A stretch of 48,578 nt of DNA. Origin: Bacillales bacterium UBA1709 (lineage in GTDB: Bacteria > Bacillota_I > Bacilli_A > RFN20 > UBA1709). Shown one piece after another: positions 36,123 to 46,454 of this stretch. The stretch covers positions 1-48,578 of the forward strand of contig DCJD01000027.1 in NCBI GenBank assembly GCA_002317215.1, read 5' to 3'. Below the pieces are notes generated by a model. That model worked only from the letters and a program-made list of their open reading frames with translations. It ran no database searches and was not told where the DNA came from. Made by a program: the position numbers and the translations under genes. The first letter of the stretch is position 1. Every line of letters begins with the position of its first letter.

Positions 36123-38945
36123 ATGGATGTAAATAAAATTGTTATAAAAGGTGCAAGAGAAAATAACCTAAAAGATATTAATCTTGAATTACCTAAAAAT
36201 AAATTAATAGTTATGACAGGTCTTTCTGGATCAGGAAAAACAACTTTAGCATTTGATACTATTTATGCTGAAGGTCAAAGAAGATACGTTGAATCTTTAT
36301 CTAGTTATGCTAGACAATTTTTAGGTGGAATGAGTAAACCTGATGTTGATAGTATAACTGGTCTTTCTCCAGCGATTGCAATAAACCAAAAATCAGTAAA
36401 CAATAATCCAAGATCTACTGTTGGTACTGTTACTGAAATATATGATTATTTAAGACTATTGTATGCAAGAATTGGTATTCCATATTGCCCAACTCATAAT
36501 AAACCAATTAATGGTTTTACTACTAAAGAAATTATAGATAAGGTCCTTTCATATCCATTAGATACTAAACTAATCATATTAGCTCCATTAGTAAAAGGTA
36601 AAAAAGGAACTTTCAAAGATATATTTGATAAGCTTTCAAAATCTGGTTTTGTTAGAGTTAGATTAGATGGTCAAATTTGTAATATTGATGAATTAAATTT
36701 AGAAGATAAAAATAAAAAACATGATATTGATGTTGTTATTGATAGATTAAAAATAAGTAGTGATTGTAAAGCAAGATTAACAGATTCAATTACTCAAGGT
36801 TTAGAAGTTGGAGAAGGATTAATTACTTGTTTATTAGATGATGTTGAATTATCTTTCTCTACCAATTATTCTTGTCCTGAATGTGGATTTACTGTTGGTA
36901 AATTAGAACCTCGTTTGTTCTCTTTTAATGCCCCAAGTGGAGCGTGTCCAGAATGTATGGGAATTGGTGTTAAAAAAGAAGTAATGGATGATTTATTAAT
37001 CCCAGATAAATCTTTATCAATAAATGAAGGTGGAATAGTATTTCTTAAAAATATGGTAGGTTCTTGTTTGATTGAATGGCAAGAACAAGTTGCTTTATGC
37101 AAACACTACAATATTGATATGGATAAACCAATCCAAGATTTAAGCAAAGAAGAACAATATATTATCTTAAATGGAGCTGATGAAGCTTTTGAATTTGATA
37201 TTAAAACAGGTTCAGGCAATATTTTGCATAGAACAAAACAGATTGAAGGTATTAAGCAAAGACTAAAACGTTTATATTTAGAAACCAATAGTGAAATGAC
37301 TAGACAATGGTATGGCAATTATATTCGAGATTGTGAATGTGATGCATGTCATGGTAAACGTTTAAATAAGGAAGCTTTAAGCGTTAGAGTTGGTAAATAT
37401 AATATTATTGAACTTTGTACATTACCAATAAATGAAATATACGATTATTTAAATAATATTAAGTTAACAACGCAACAAGAAGATATTGCTAGATTAATTT
37501 TAAAAGAGATTAAGAGTCGACTTGGATTTTTAATTAATGTTGGATTAGATTATTTAACTCTTGCAAGAAACGCCTCAACATTAAGTGGTGGCGAATCACA
37601 AAGAATTAGATTAGCAACTCAAATAGGATCAAATTTAACAGGTGTTTTATATGTATTAGATGAACCAAGTATTGGTTTACATCAAAGAGATAACTCTAAA
37701 TTAATTAATGCTTTAAAGCAAATGAGAGATATCGGTAATACATTACTTGTTGTTGAACATGATGAAGAAACAATGATGAGTGCCGATTATCTTGTTGATA
37801 TTGGACCAGGAAGTGGAGTTCATGGTGGAGAAGTTGTTGCAAGTGGTACTGTAGAAGAAGTCATGAACAACCCTAAGTCTTTAACTGGTAAATATTTATC
37901 GGGTAAATTAAAGATTGATACACCATCTGCTAGAAGAAAAGGAAATGGTTTTAACATTGAGATTAAAGGAGCAAAAGGAAATAACCTCAAGAATGTTGAT
38001 GTTAAAATTCCTCTTGGAACATTAACCGTAATAACTGGAGTTAGTGGATCTGGCAAATCTAGTTTAATTAATGAAACAATGTGCCAAGGAATATTAAGTA
38101 AATGGGGCAATAAAGATGCTTCTCCTTTACCTTTTAATGAAATTAATGGTTTGGAAAATATTGATAAAATGATTGATATCAACCAAGAACCTATTGGAAG
38201 AACGTCAAGATCTAACCCAGCGACTTATACTGGAGTATTTGATTTAATTAGAGAATTATTCTCATTAACTAAAGATGCTCGTATTAAAGGATTTGGTAAA
38301 AACGTTTTCTCGTTCAATAATAAAGGTGGAAGATGTGAGAAATGTCAAGGGGATGGAGTGATTAGAGTTCCAATGCATTTCCTACCAGATGTTTATGTTG
38401 TATGTGAAGATTGTGGTGGCAAACGTTATTCAGAAGAAGTTCTATCTGTTAGATATAAAGATAAGAATATATTTGAAGTATTAGAAATGACAATTGATGA
38501 AGCTTTAGTATTCTTTGAAAATATGCCAAAGATAAAAAATATCTTGCAGACACTAGTTGATGTTGGTCTTGGATATATTAAACTTGGCCAAATGGCTACT
38601 ACATTATCGGGTGGAGAAGCGCAAAGATTAAAACTTGCTAGTGAACTTCAAAGAAGATCAACTGGAAAAACAATGTATATATTAGATGAACCAACTACTG
38701 GTTTGCATAATCATGATGTTAAAAAACTTCTTGATGTATTACATAGACTTGTTGATTTAGGTAATAGTGTAATAGTTATTGAACATAACTTAGAAGTTAT
38801 TAAAAATGCAGATTATATTATAGATTTAGGACCTGAAGGTGGAAATAAAGGTGGTTATATTATCGCTAAAGGTACACCAGAAGAAATATGCAAAGTTAAA
38901 GAATCATATACTGGTCAATATTTAAAGAAAATTTTAAACTCATAA
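36123..38945 (+). CDS. uvrA: Excinuclease ABC subunit A
   Basis: Two ABC modules (GLSGSGKT and GVSGSGKS, both with LSGGE), zinc fingers, FSFNAPSGAC. Confidence 0.98.
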   Translation: MDVNKIVIKGARENNLKDINLELPKNKLIVMTGLSGSGKTTLAFDTIYAEGQRRYVESLSSYARQFLGGMSKPDVDSITGLSPAIAINQKSVNNNPRSTVGTVTEIYDYLRLLYARIGIPYCPTHNKPINGFTTKEIIDKVLSYPLDTKLIILAPLVKGKKGTFKDIFDKLSKSGFVRVRLDGQICNIDELNLEDKNKKHDIDVVIDRLKISSDCKARLTDSITQGLEVGEGLITCLLDDVELSFSTNYSCPECGFTVGKLEPRLFSFNAPSGACPECMGIGVKKEVMDDLLIPDKSLSINEGGIVFLKNMVGSCLIEWQEQVALCKHYNIDMDKPIQDLSKEEQYIILNGADEAFEFDIKTGSGNILHRTKQIEGIKQRLKRLYLETNSEMTRQWYGNYIRDCECDACHGKRLNKEALSVRVGKYNIIELCTLPINEIYDYLNNIKLTTQQEDIARLILKEIKSRLGFLINVGLDYLTLARNASTLSGGESQRIRLATQIGSNLTGVLYVLDEPSIGLHQRDNSKLINALKQMRDIGNTLLVVEHDEETMMSADYLVDIGPGSGVHGGEVVASGTVEEVMNNPKSLTGKYLSGKLKIDTPSARRKGNGFNIEIKGAKGNNLKNVDVKIPLGTLTVITGVSGSGKSSLINETMCQGILSKWGNKDASPLPFNEINGLENIDKMIDINQEPIGRTSRSNPATYTGVFDLIRELFSLTKDARIKGFGKNVFSFNNKGGRCEKCQGDGVIRVPMHFLPDVYVVCEDCGGKRYSEEVLSVRYKDKNIFEVLEMTIDEALVFFENMPKIKNILQTLVDVGLGYIKLGQMATTLSGGEAQRLKLASELQRRSTGKTMYILDEPTTGLHNHDVKKLLDVLHRLVDLGNSVIVIEHNLEVIKNADYIIDLGPEGGNKGGYIIAKGTPEEICKVKESYTGQYLKKILNS

Positions 38946-38955
38946 GGAGGCAAAA

Positions 38956-39858
38956 ATGTTTTATATTTTATCAAAACTTAACCCAATTGCTTTAAAACTT
39001 GGCGATTTGGAAATTAGATGGTATGCAATATGTATATTAACTGGAGCATTATGCACTTATCTTTTAGCTAGATATTATTTTAAAAAGGGTGGATATGATC
39101 CAAATATTGCTGATGATATTATTGTAATTGCTTTGCCTGCTGGAATTATTGGGGCTAGAATTTGGTGGTGCATATGTGATTCAGGAAGTCCTTGGAGAAA
39201 CGGAGATTTCTGGGGCTTTATTACTGAATTTGCAAATGGTGGTCTTGCTATTCAAGGTGGGGTTATTTTAGGAGCAGCAGCTGGTATTGGAGTTGTTTTA
39301 ACTAAATATAAAAATGTTAATATTTTCTATGCCATGGATGCGGTTATTCCAAATATTCTTATTGCACAAGCAATTGGTAGATGGGGTAATTTTTTCAATC
39401 AAGAAGTATACGGTGCCTGTGTTGATTATGAAGCATTAAATTTCTTGCCTAATTTTGTTCAAGAACAAATGCGTGGAGATATATTAAATGGAGTTAATAT
39501 TGGGGAGTGGAATATTTATTCAGCTTCAATTGAATGTTTAACTACTCAAGCTGCTCAACCATTATTCTTATATGAATCATTATTAAATATCTTAGGATTA
39601 GTTATTGTATCTATTGTTATTAGAAAATTCTGGACTAAGGGCAGAAAAAATGGTGATTTATCAGCTTTATATTTAGTATGGTATGGTGTTGTTAGATTTT
39701 TATTAGAACCTTTAAGAAATCAAGAATTCATTATGAATGCTTGGGGACATATGCCAGTTAGTCAAATCACATCCATCTTATTTATTATTGGTGGAATATT
39801 ATTTATGGTTGCCTTAAGAGCAATCCCTATTATAAAAAATAAAACTAAACATGATTAA
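38956..39858 (+). CDS. lgt: Prolipoprotein diacylglyceryl transferase
   Basis: EIRWYA, GAR, GGLAIQGG, QAIGRWGNFFNQE, PLFLYES and RFLLEPLR. Confidence 0.95.
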   Translation: MFYILSKLNPIALKLGDLEIRWYAICILTGALCTYLLARYYFKKGGYDPNIADDIIVIALPAGIIGARIWWCICDSGSPWRNGDFWGFITEFANGGLAIQGGVILGAAAGIGVVLTKYKNVNIFYAMDAVIPNILIAQAIGRWGNFFNQEVYGACVDYEALNFLPNFVQEQMRGDILNGVNIGEWNIYSASIECLTTQAAQPLFLYESLLNILGLVIVSIVIRKFWTKGRKNGDLSALYLVWYGVVRFLLEPLRNQEFIMNAWGHMPVSQITSILFIIGGILFMVALRAIPIIKNKTKHD

Positions 39859-40495
39859 AGGAGTATTATTTGATTTTGATGGAACCCTTTTAAATACTAA
39901 TCAATCAGTATGTGAGGGATATCGAAAACTATTTAAAACATTTCGTCCTGATTTTCCTATCAGTGATGATTTTTTGCGTAGTTTACTAGGTCCATCACTT
40001 GTTCAAATATTCCCAAAATATTTTAAAGAAGATAACGATACTTTAATTAGTATTTATCGAGAAGGTGCTAATAGCATTAAAGACAAAGAACATATTAAAC
40101 CTTTTAATAATGCTATTGAAACTTTAAAAACATTGAAAGAAAAAGGATATATAGTTGCTATTGTATCTAGTAGAAAAGTATCCTCATTAATTGATATGGC
40201 TAATCTATATGATATGAATAAATATTTTGATTTAATCATTGGAAGTGATTCAGTATCTAAACATAAGCCAGATCCTGAACCAATCTTATTAGCATTATCT
40301 AAACTAAATCTAAAAAATGATGAAGTTATTATGGTTGGAGACCATGGAGGAGATATTAAAGCTGGAGTTAGTGCTAATGTAAAAGCATATGGAGTTTCTT
40401 ATTCTTGTTATGGAAAAGATAACTTATTAAAAGATGGTGCTACTAAAGTTATTGATGATTTAAGTGAAGTTATTGATATAGTGGAGAAATATTAG
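39851..40495 (+). CDS. ppaX: HAD phosphatase, PpaX-like
   Basis: FDFDGTLLNT, KPDPEP and VGDHGGD; position after lgt. Confidence 0.7.
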   Translation: MIKGVLFDFDGTLLNTNQSVCEGYRKLFKTFRPDFPISDDFLRSLLGPSLVQIFPKYFKEDNDTLISIYREGANSIKDKEHIKPFNNAIETLKTLKEKGYIVAIVSSRKVSSLIDMANLYDMNKYFDLIIGSDSVSKHKPDPEPILLALSKLNLKNDEVIMVGDHGGDIKAGVSANVKAYGVSYSCYGKDNLLKDGATKVIDDLSEVIDIVEKY

Positions 40496-40497
40496 AT

Positions 40498-41313
40498 ATG
40501 GAAAAGATATATGATTGTATTATATTAGGTAGCGGTCCTGCATCTTTAAGTTGTGCATTATATTTATTACGTGCAAATAAGGAAATATTAATATTTGAAA
40601 AGAATAATGTTATGAATAAAGTATCTAGTATTGATTTAATAGATAATTATTTAGGCTTTAAAAATATAAGTGGAAAAGAATTAGCAAATAAAATGCTAGA
40701 TCATGTTTTAAGTTATAACAAAGATTTAATAATTAATTATAATGTTCAACAAATATATCTAGAAAATAATCTATTTGTATTAACTGACTATAATTCTACT
40801 TATAAAACTAAAAATCTCGTATTAGCAATAGGCCTACAAACAAAAGAGATTATACCTAATGTTGATAATTATATTGGTAAAGGAGTTTCTTATTGTATAT
40901 CTTGTGATGGCTTTTTATACAAAAATAAAAAAGTCGTTTTAATTGGCCAAAAAGATAAACTAAAAGAAATGAATAATGAATTCAAGAATCTAACAAATGA
41001 TATTGTTAGTATTGAAACCGGCCAATTAAAACAACCTGAAATTTTAGGAGATTTTAAAGTTGAAGGAATTAGAAATAATAATGAGATAATTGAATGTGAT
41101 GGTATATTTATTGATCCATTATATAGCAATATTAATATTCCTTTTGATATCAAAAAAAGTGGTAATTATATTGTTGTTGATAAAAATAATATGACTAATA
41201 TCGATAAATTATATGCTATTGGAGACATTGTTGATAAACCTTTAAGACAAATATGCACGGCGATTAGCGATGGAGCAATTGCTGCAACTTCTATTATTAG
41301 ATCTCAAAATTAA
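40498..41313 (+). CDS. trxB: Thioredoxin-reductase-like flavoprotein with a degenerate NADPH site
   Basis: GSGPA, GKGVSYCISCDG and GDIVDKPLRQ..TAISDG; IGQKDK replaces GGGxxA. Confidence 0.75.
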   Translation: MEKIYDCIILGSGPASLSCALYLLRANKEILIFEKNNVMNKVSSIDLIDNYLGFKNISGKELANKMLDHVLSYNKDLIINYNVQQIYLENNLFVLTDYNSTYKTKNLVLAIGLQTKEIIPNVDNYIGKGVSYCISCDGFLYKNKKVVLIGQKDKLKEMNNEFKNLTNDIVSIETGQLKQPEILGDFKVEGIRNNNEIIECDGIFIDPLYSNINIPFDIKKSGNYIVVDKNNMTNIDKLYAIGDIVDKPLRQICTAISDGAIAATSIIRSQN

Positions 41314-41893
41314 TAATAGTATCTTTAATTTGTTTTATAGTTATTTTGCCTAAACAGATATTAACTAATTCATTAATATCTTTATTAGTTGCAATAACTC
41401 TATTTATTTGTTCGTTATATTGAATAGACATTGTTTGGATGTCTATTTTTTTAATATATGATTCAACTATATTATTTAATGAATAATCATATGTTAATTC
41501 ATATTGTTTAGTTATTACTTGTTCAATTATTTTAGCGTTATTGATAGTTTCGCTTGCACATTTATTATAAGCTCTAGTAAGTCCACCCGCTCCTAATTTA
41601 ATACCACCAAAATATCTAATAACAACTAATCCAATATCATTAAGTTCATTTCTTAATATATTTTCCATAATTGGATTTCCAGCTGTTCCACTAGGTTCTC
41701 CATCATCATTATTTTTATTTTGTTTATTAATACTATAAGCATAACAATAATGGGTCGCTTTTGGGTAATCCTTTTTAATTTGTTCTAATTTATCTTTGAA
41801 TTCTTCTTTTGTAGAAGCATGAAAAAGAACACCTATAAACTTAGATTTTTCTATTTCATATTGATAAATTTGATCACAAAAAACCGTTTTCAT
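41297..41893 (-). CDS. yigZ: YigZ/IMPACT family protein
   Basis: IEKSKFIG, ATHYCYAY, DDGEPSGTAG and RYFGGIKLGAGGL; the ATG at 41893 is preferred because it follows TGTTATAAT by 6 nt. Confidence 0.92.
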   Translation of the reverse strand: MKTVFCDQIYQYEIEKSKFIGVLFHASTKEEFKDKLEQIKKDYPKATHYCYAYSINKQNKNNDDGEPSGTAGNPIMENILRNELNDIGLVVIRYFGGIKLGAGGLTRAYNKCASETINNAKIIEQVITKQYELTYDYSLNNIVESYIKKIDIQTMSIQYNEQINRVIATNKDINELVNICLGKITIKQIKDTIINFEI

Positions 41894-41899
41894 GCTTAA

Positions 41900-41908
41900 A
41901 TTATAACA
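41900..41908 (-). promoter_or_regulatory. Extended -10 promoter of yigZ; leaderless-type
   Basis: Minus strand TGtTATAAT-ttaagc-ATG. Confidence 0.65.
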
Positions 41909-41974
41909 TTTTTTCATTTTATTTAGGAATTTTGGGGTCATTTTCTATTTATAGAAGATGAAGGAGGTGAGCTT

Positions 41975-43079
41975 ATATATTGTAGTAAGTGTGGTAATTC
42001 TGATCCTAGATTATTTGGTTATAAAGATGGGAAATATTATTGTCGAGCATGTATTAAATATAATGGGAAAAAAGCAAATATACCAAAACAAATTAAACCA
42101 AAACATGTTGTAGCAAAATTAAACTATGAATTAAGCAATAGACAAGAAAAGGTTTCTTTATCTGCATTAGCATCAAAACATGATATCTACATTGATGCAG
42201 TATGCGGAGCTGGGAAAACCTGAAATCATATTTAGATCTATTGAAGAAGCTATATCTAAAGGGCAAAGAGTTGGATATGTAGCACCAAGAAGAGAAGTTG
42301 TAAAAGAAATATATAATAGATTTGTTGAAGTCTATCCTTCTTTAAATATTGCCTTAGTTTTTGGGGGACATAATGAATATTTAAATGGCGATATAGTGTG
42401 TTTAACTTGTCATCAATGCTATAGATATAAAGATAAATTTGGTTTAGTTATATTAGATGAATATGATGCTTTTCCATTAAAAGGTGATAATACTCTTTTG
42501 AATCTAGTTAAGAAAACATGTTATGGAAAGATAATTTATTTAAGTGCAACGTTTGCGAAAGAAGAACTATTAGGAAAGACTAGTGCATCATTAAATAGAA
42601 GGTATCATGAATACGACATTCCGATACCAGAAATTATATGCACCCATTTTCAAATACCTATATTACTCAAAACTCTCCACAGAAATAGAAAGTCTCCTAA
42701 TTTAATCTTTGCTCCAACAATCAAGCGCGCCAAATATGTTAATCGAATACTAAATTTATTAGGGTTAAAAAGCTATTTATTTACAAGCAAAACAATTAAT
42801 AAAGATGAATTATTTGCATATATTAAAACTAATGGTCCAAAAGTAATAGTATGCACAACAATATTAGAAAGAGGGATCACAATTAAAAATGTTAATGTTA
42901 TTGTGTATAAAGCAAACCATAAGATATTTGATAAGGCAACATTAATACAAATTACCGGAAGAGTAGGCAGAAAAATAGGATCAGAAACAGGAAAAGTTTA
43001 TTATTTATGCAATAAAGTTAGTTTAGCAATGGAAGATTCTATAGAAACATTAATGAGGAAAAATAATGGATACCAATAA
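41975..43079 (+). pseudogene. comFA: ComFA DEAD-like helicase split by a single extra base in Walker A
   Basis: After SD AAGGAGG the frame at 41975 reads IYCSKC...CRAC...AVCGAGKT-TGA(42221). The +1 frame continues EIIF...DEYDAFP, SAT, CTTILERG and QITGRVGR. The upstream frame has no ATG/GTG/TTG start. Confidence 0.85.
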
Positions 43080-43704
43080 ATGTTTGATTTGTCATCACAA
43101 TGTGCCAGCCTCATATTTCCTAGAACAATATGAGATATGTCGAAATTGCTTCAAGAAAATGCCTTTAATTTATAAAAATGAAAAGATTTTAGGATATCCT
43201 TGTTTAATCCTTTATCAATACAATGATTTTATAGAAGAAATTATTTTGAGAATTAAGGGTTATGGAGATAAAAAACTATGTAATGTGTTTTTGAATCCAA
43301 TAAAAGATTATTTAAAATTAAAATATTTTAGCTATGTTTGTTTACCGATTCCTTCATCTAAATCTTCAGATAATAAAAGAGGTTTTAATCACGTTAAAGA
43401 AATGATTAAACCTTTAGGTTTAGAAGTATTAGATTGTTTTAGCAAAAAGGAAAATCATAAACAAGCATATCAAAGTAAATTTGGTCGAACAAAAATAGAT
43501 CAAATAATAGGCTTAAATCCTTCAAAATTATCCAGGCATAAAAACTATTTAATTGTTGATGATATTACAACCACACATCAAAGTATTAAAACTTGTATTA
43601 AGCTATTAGAACAAGCATCAATTAAAAGAATTAAAATACTGGTTTTCGCATCTTCTTGTCGCACCAAGTCAATTGAGAAAACCCAGTATTTAAGCGCAAA
43701 ATAA
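43066..43704 (+). CDS. comFC: ComFC/ComF phosphoribosyltransferase-like competence protein
   Basis: CLIC..CRNC zinc finger, RGFNH, and LIVDDITTT (canonical TTG reads TTH here). Confidence 0.85.
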   Translation: MDTNKCLICHHNVPASYFLEQYEICRNCFKKMPLIYKNEKILGYPCLILYQYNDFIEEIILRIKGYGDKKLCNVFLNPIKDYLKLKYFSYVCLPIPSSKSSDNKRGFNHVKEMIKPLGLEVLDCFSKKENHKQAYQSKFGRTKIDQIIGLNPSKLSRHKNYLIVDDITTTHQSIKTCIKLLEQASIKRIKILVFASSCRTKSIEKTQYLSAK

Positions 43705-43724
43705 CAATAAATAAGGAGATAAAA

Positions 43725-43937
43725 ATGAAAGGTAAAGTTAAATGGTTTAATGCCGAAAAAGGTTATGGTTTTATAAATACAGAAAAAGAAGAAGATGGAG
43801 ATATCTTTGTCCATTATTCTCAAATAATCCAAGAAGGTTATAAGTCCTTAAAAGAAGGAGAAGAAGTAGAGTTTAATTTAGAAGAGTCTGAAAAAGGAAA
43901 TCAGGCTCATGAAGTAAAAAGAATATTTATTGAATAA
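43725..43937 (+). CDS. csp: Cold-shock protein
   Basis: [22 protein letters not shown] and GYKSL. Confidence 0.96.
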   Translation: MKGKVKWFNAEKGYGFINTEKEEDGDIFVHYSQIIQEGYKSLKEGEEVEFNLEESEKGNQAHEVKRIFIE

Positions 43938-43943
43938 AAAAGT

Positions 43944-43975
43944 AAAAGGGGTTAGAGTTCTAATCCCTTTTATTT
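43944..43975 (+). terminator. Terminator after csp
   Basis: AAAAGGGGTTAG-agtt-CTAATCCCTTTT followed by ATTT. Confidence 0.75.
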
Positions 43976-43996
43976 GTATAATAAACAAATAAAACA

Positions 43997-44005
43997 TGCT
44001 ATAAT
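43997..44005 (+). promoter_or_regulatory. Extended -10 promoter for secA
   Basis: TGcTATAAT; SD AGGAGG downstream. Confidence 0.6.
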
Positions 44006-44036
44006 TAAAAATGAATCATTTTAGGAGGACTAAAAA

Positions 44037-46454
44037 ATGGGAAAATTTTTAGATAAATTATTTAAAGTTGATGAAAAATTAACTAAGGCCCTTTCATTAA
44101 AAGCTGATTTAGTTGAAGCATTTGCCGATAAAATTGCTGTATTATCAGATGATGAATTAAAAGCTAAAACTCAATACTTCAAAGAGTTTATTAAAAATAA
44201 AGTCGATAGTGTAAAAGAAGAATTAAAAGGTGAAGAAGAACAAAACGCTCTAGAAGAAATACTTCCAGAAGCATTTGCAGTTGCAAGAGAAGCCGCTAAA
44301 AGAGTTTTAAAAGAATATCCATATCATGTTCAAATTATGGGTTCAGTAGCCTTACACCAAGGTGATGTTGCTGAAATGAGAACTGGTGAAGGTAAGACTT
44401 TAACTGCTACAATGTGTATCTACTTAAATGCCTTAACAGGTAGAGGAGTTCATGTTGTTACTGTTAACGAATATCTAGCTAAACGTGACGCCGAATGGAT
44501 GGGTGCTATTTATAGATTCTTAGGTTTAACAGTTGGTTGTAATTTAAGAGAACTTAATTCTATCGAAAAGAAAGAAGCATATGCTTGTGATATTACCTAT
44601 ACCACTAACTCTGAATTAGGTTTTGACTATCTAAGAGATAATATGGCAGTTAATGCACAAGGTAGAGTTCAAAGAGGATTGTATATGGCAATCATCGATG
44701 AAGCAGACTCTATCTTAATTGATGAATCAAGAACACCATTAATTATCAGTGGTGGTAAAAAACAAACTGCTAACTTATATCAAGCAGCAGATAGATTCGC
44801 TAAATCTTTAAATAAAGATGAACATTTTACTGTTGATATCGAAACAAAAACTTGTAACTTAACTGATTTAGGTGTTGATCTTGCTGAAAGAATGTTTAGA
44901 GTTCCTAATTTATACGGAATTGAAAATACTGCTTTAGTCCATTGCATTCACCAAGCTTTAAAAGCGAACTATACAATGACTAGAGACGTAGAATATATGG
45001 TAGATGATGGTGCTATCGTTATTGTTGATAGTTTCACTGGTAGAAAATTAGCCGGAAGAACTTATAGTGATGGTTTACATCAAGCAATTGAAGCCAAAGA
45101 AAATGTAAAGATCAATGAAGAAACAAGCGTTTTAGCTACTATCACATATCAAAACTATTTCAGACTATATCAAAAAATTGGTGGTATGACTGGTACTGCA
45201 AAAACTGAAGAAGAAGAATTCTTAGAAACATATAACATGCGTGTTATTGTTATTCCAACTAATAAACCAATTCAAAGAATTGATGCTAAAGATTTAGTAT
45301 ATTCTACAAAAGAATACAAATATAAAGCCATGATTGAAGAAATCAAGGAAAGACATGAAAAAGGTCAACCAGTTCTTGTTGGTACAGTAGCAGTTGAAAC
45401 TAGTGAATATATTTCTAAACTATTAAAGAAGGCCGGAATTCCTCATGAAGTTTTAAATGCTAAGAACCACGAAAGAGAAGCTGATATAATTAAAAACGCT
45501 GGTCAAAAAGGTGCTGTCACTTTAGCAACTAACATGGCTGGTCGTGGTACTGATATTAAACTTGGTGAAGGTGTCAAAGAATTAGGCGGTCTTGCTGTTA
45601 TTGGTAGTGAAAGACACGAATCAAGACGTATTGATAACCAATTAAGAGGTAGAGCTGGTCGTCAAGGTGATCCTGGATATTCAAGATTCTATGTCTCTTT
45701 TGAAGATGACTTATTAGTAAGATTTGGTGCTAATACTAAAACTATATTCAATGTTTTGGGTGACCAAGCTTTAGAATCTAGTTTAGTAAACAATATTATT
45801 ACTAGTGCTCAAACAAGAGTTGAAGGTAATAACTATGATATGAGAAAGAATCTTCTTGGATATGATGATGTTTTAAGAAAACAAAGAGAAATCATGTATA
45901 AACAAAGAGATTCTGTAATCTATAAAGATGATGTTAATGACTTATTAGAAGAATTATTCCATAGAGTTGGTGATGGAATCATAACTGATTGTGTAGTAGT
46001 AAAAGATAAAGAAAACGTTGTTGATAAAGAAAAATTAAAAGATAAAATTATCAAACTATATATGCCTTTAGATCATATTAGAGATGTTGTTATTAAGAAA
46101 AACGATATCTATGATATTCAAGATGAAGTATATGATATCTTAATGGGCTTATGGCAATCACGTAAGAAAGAATGGGGAGAAGACGTCTTTAATAGTATCG
46201 GTAAACAAATTGTTTTAAGAACAATCGATAAAAACTGGACTGAACATATTGATAGAATGTCTAAGTTAAGAGATGGTATTGGATTAAGAGCCTATGCTAA
46301 CACTAACCCATTACAAAGCTATGTAAAAGAAGGCTTCCAAATGTTCCAAGAAATGACAGATCAAATTGCATCTCAAACAGTCGCAATCTGTCTAAGATGC
46401 GAAGTTAAGATAACTAAAGAAGACGAAGAAAATAAAGATAGTAAGAAGAAATAA
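44037..46454 (+). CDS. secA: Preprotein translocase ATPase (no C-terminal zinc finger)
   Basis: MRTGEGKT, IIDEADS, ATNMAGRGTDI and QLRGRAGRQGDPG. Confidence 0.98.
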   Translation: MGKFLDKLFKVDEKLTKALSLKADLVEAFADKIAVLSDDELKAKTQYFKEFIKNKVDSVKEELKGEEEQNALEEILPEAFAVAREAAKRVLKEYPYHVQIMGSVALHQGDVAEMRTGEGKTLTATMCIYLNALTGRGVHVVTVNEYLAKRDAEWMGAIYRFLGLTVGCNLRELNSIEKKEAYACDITYTTNSELGFDYLRDNMAVNAQGRVQRGLYMAIIDEADSILIDESRTPLIISGGKKQTANLYQAADRFAKSLNKDEHFTVDIETKTCNLTDLGVDLAERMFRVPNLYGIENTALVHCIHQALKANYTMTRDVEYMVDDGAIVIVDSFTGRKLAGRTYSDGLHQAIEAKENVKINEETSVLATITYQNYFRLYQKIGGMTGTAKTEEEEFLETYNMRVIVIPTNKPIQRIDAKDLVYSTKEYKYKAMIEEIKERHEKGQPVLVGTVAVETSEYISKLLKKAGIPHEVLNAKNHEREADIIKNAGQKGAVTLATNMAGRGTDIKLGEGVKELGGLAVIGSERHESRRIDNQLRGRAGRQGDPGYSRFYVSFEDDLLVRFGANTKTIFNVLGDQALESSLVNNIITSAQTRVEGNNYDMRKNLLGYDDVLRKQREIMYKQRDSVIYKDDVNDLLEELFHRVGDGIITDCVVVKDKENVVDKEKLKDKIIKLYMPLDHIRDVVIKKNDIYDIQDEVYDILMGLWQSRKKEWGEDVFNSIGKQIVLRTIDKNWTEHIDRMSKLRDGIGLRAYANTNPLQSYVKEGFQMFQEMTDQIASQTVAICLRCEVKITKEDEENKDSKKK

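Noticed and set aside
42221-42223. Possibility that TGA encodes Trp (Mycoplasma code)
   Set aside because: RF2 is present, genes end in TGA (e.g. rlmH, yybS), Trp is TGG, and read-through would hit TAG two codons later instead of restoring ComFA.
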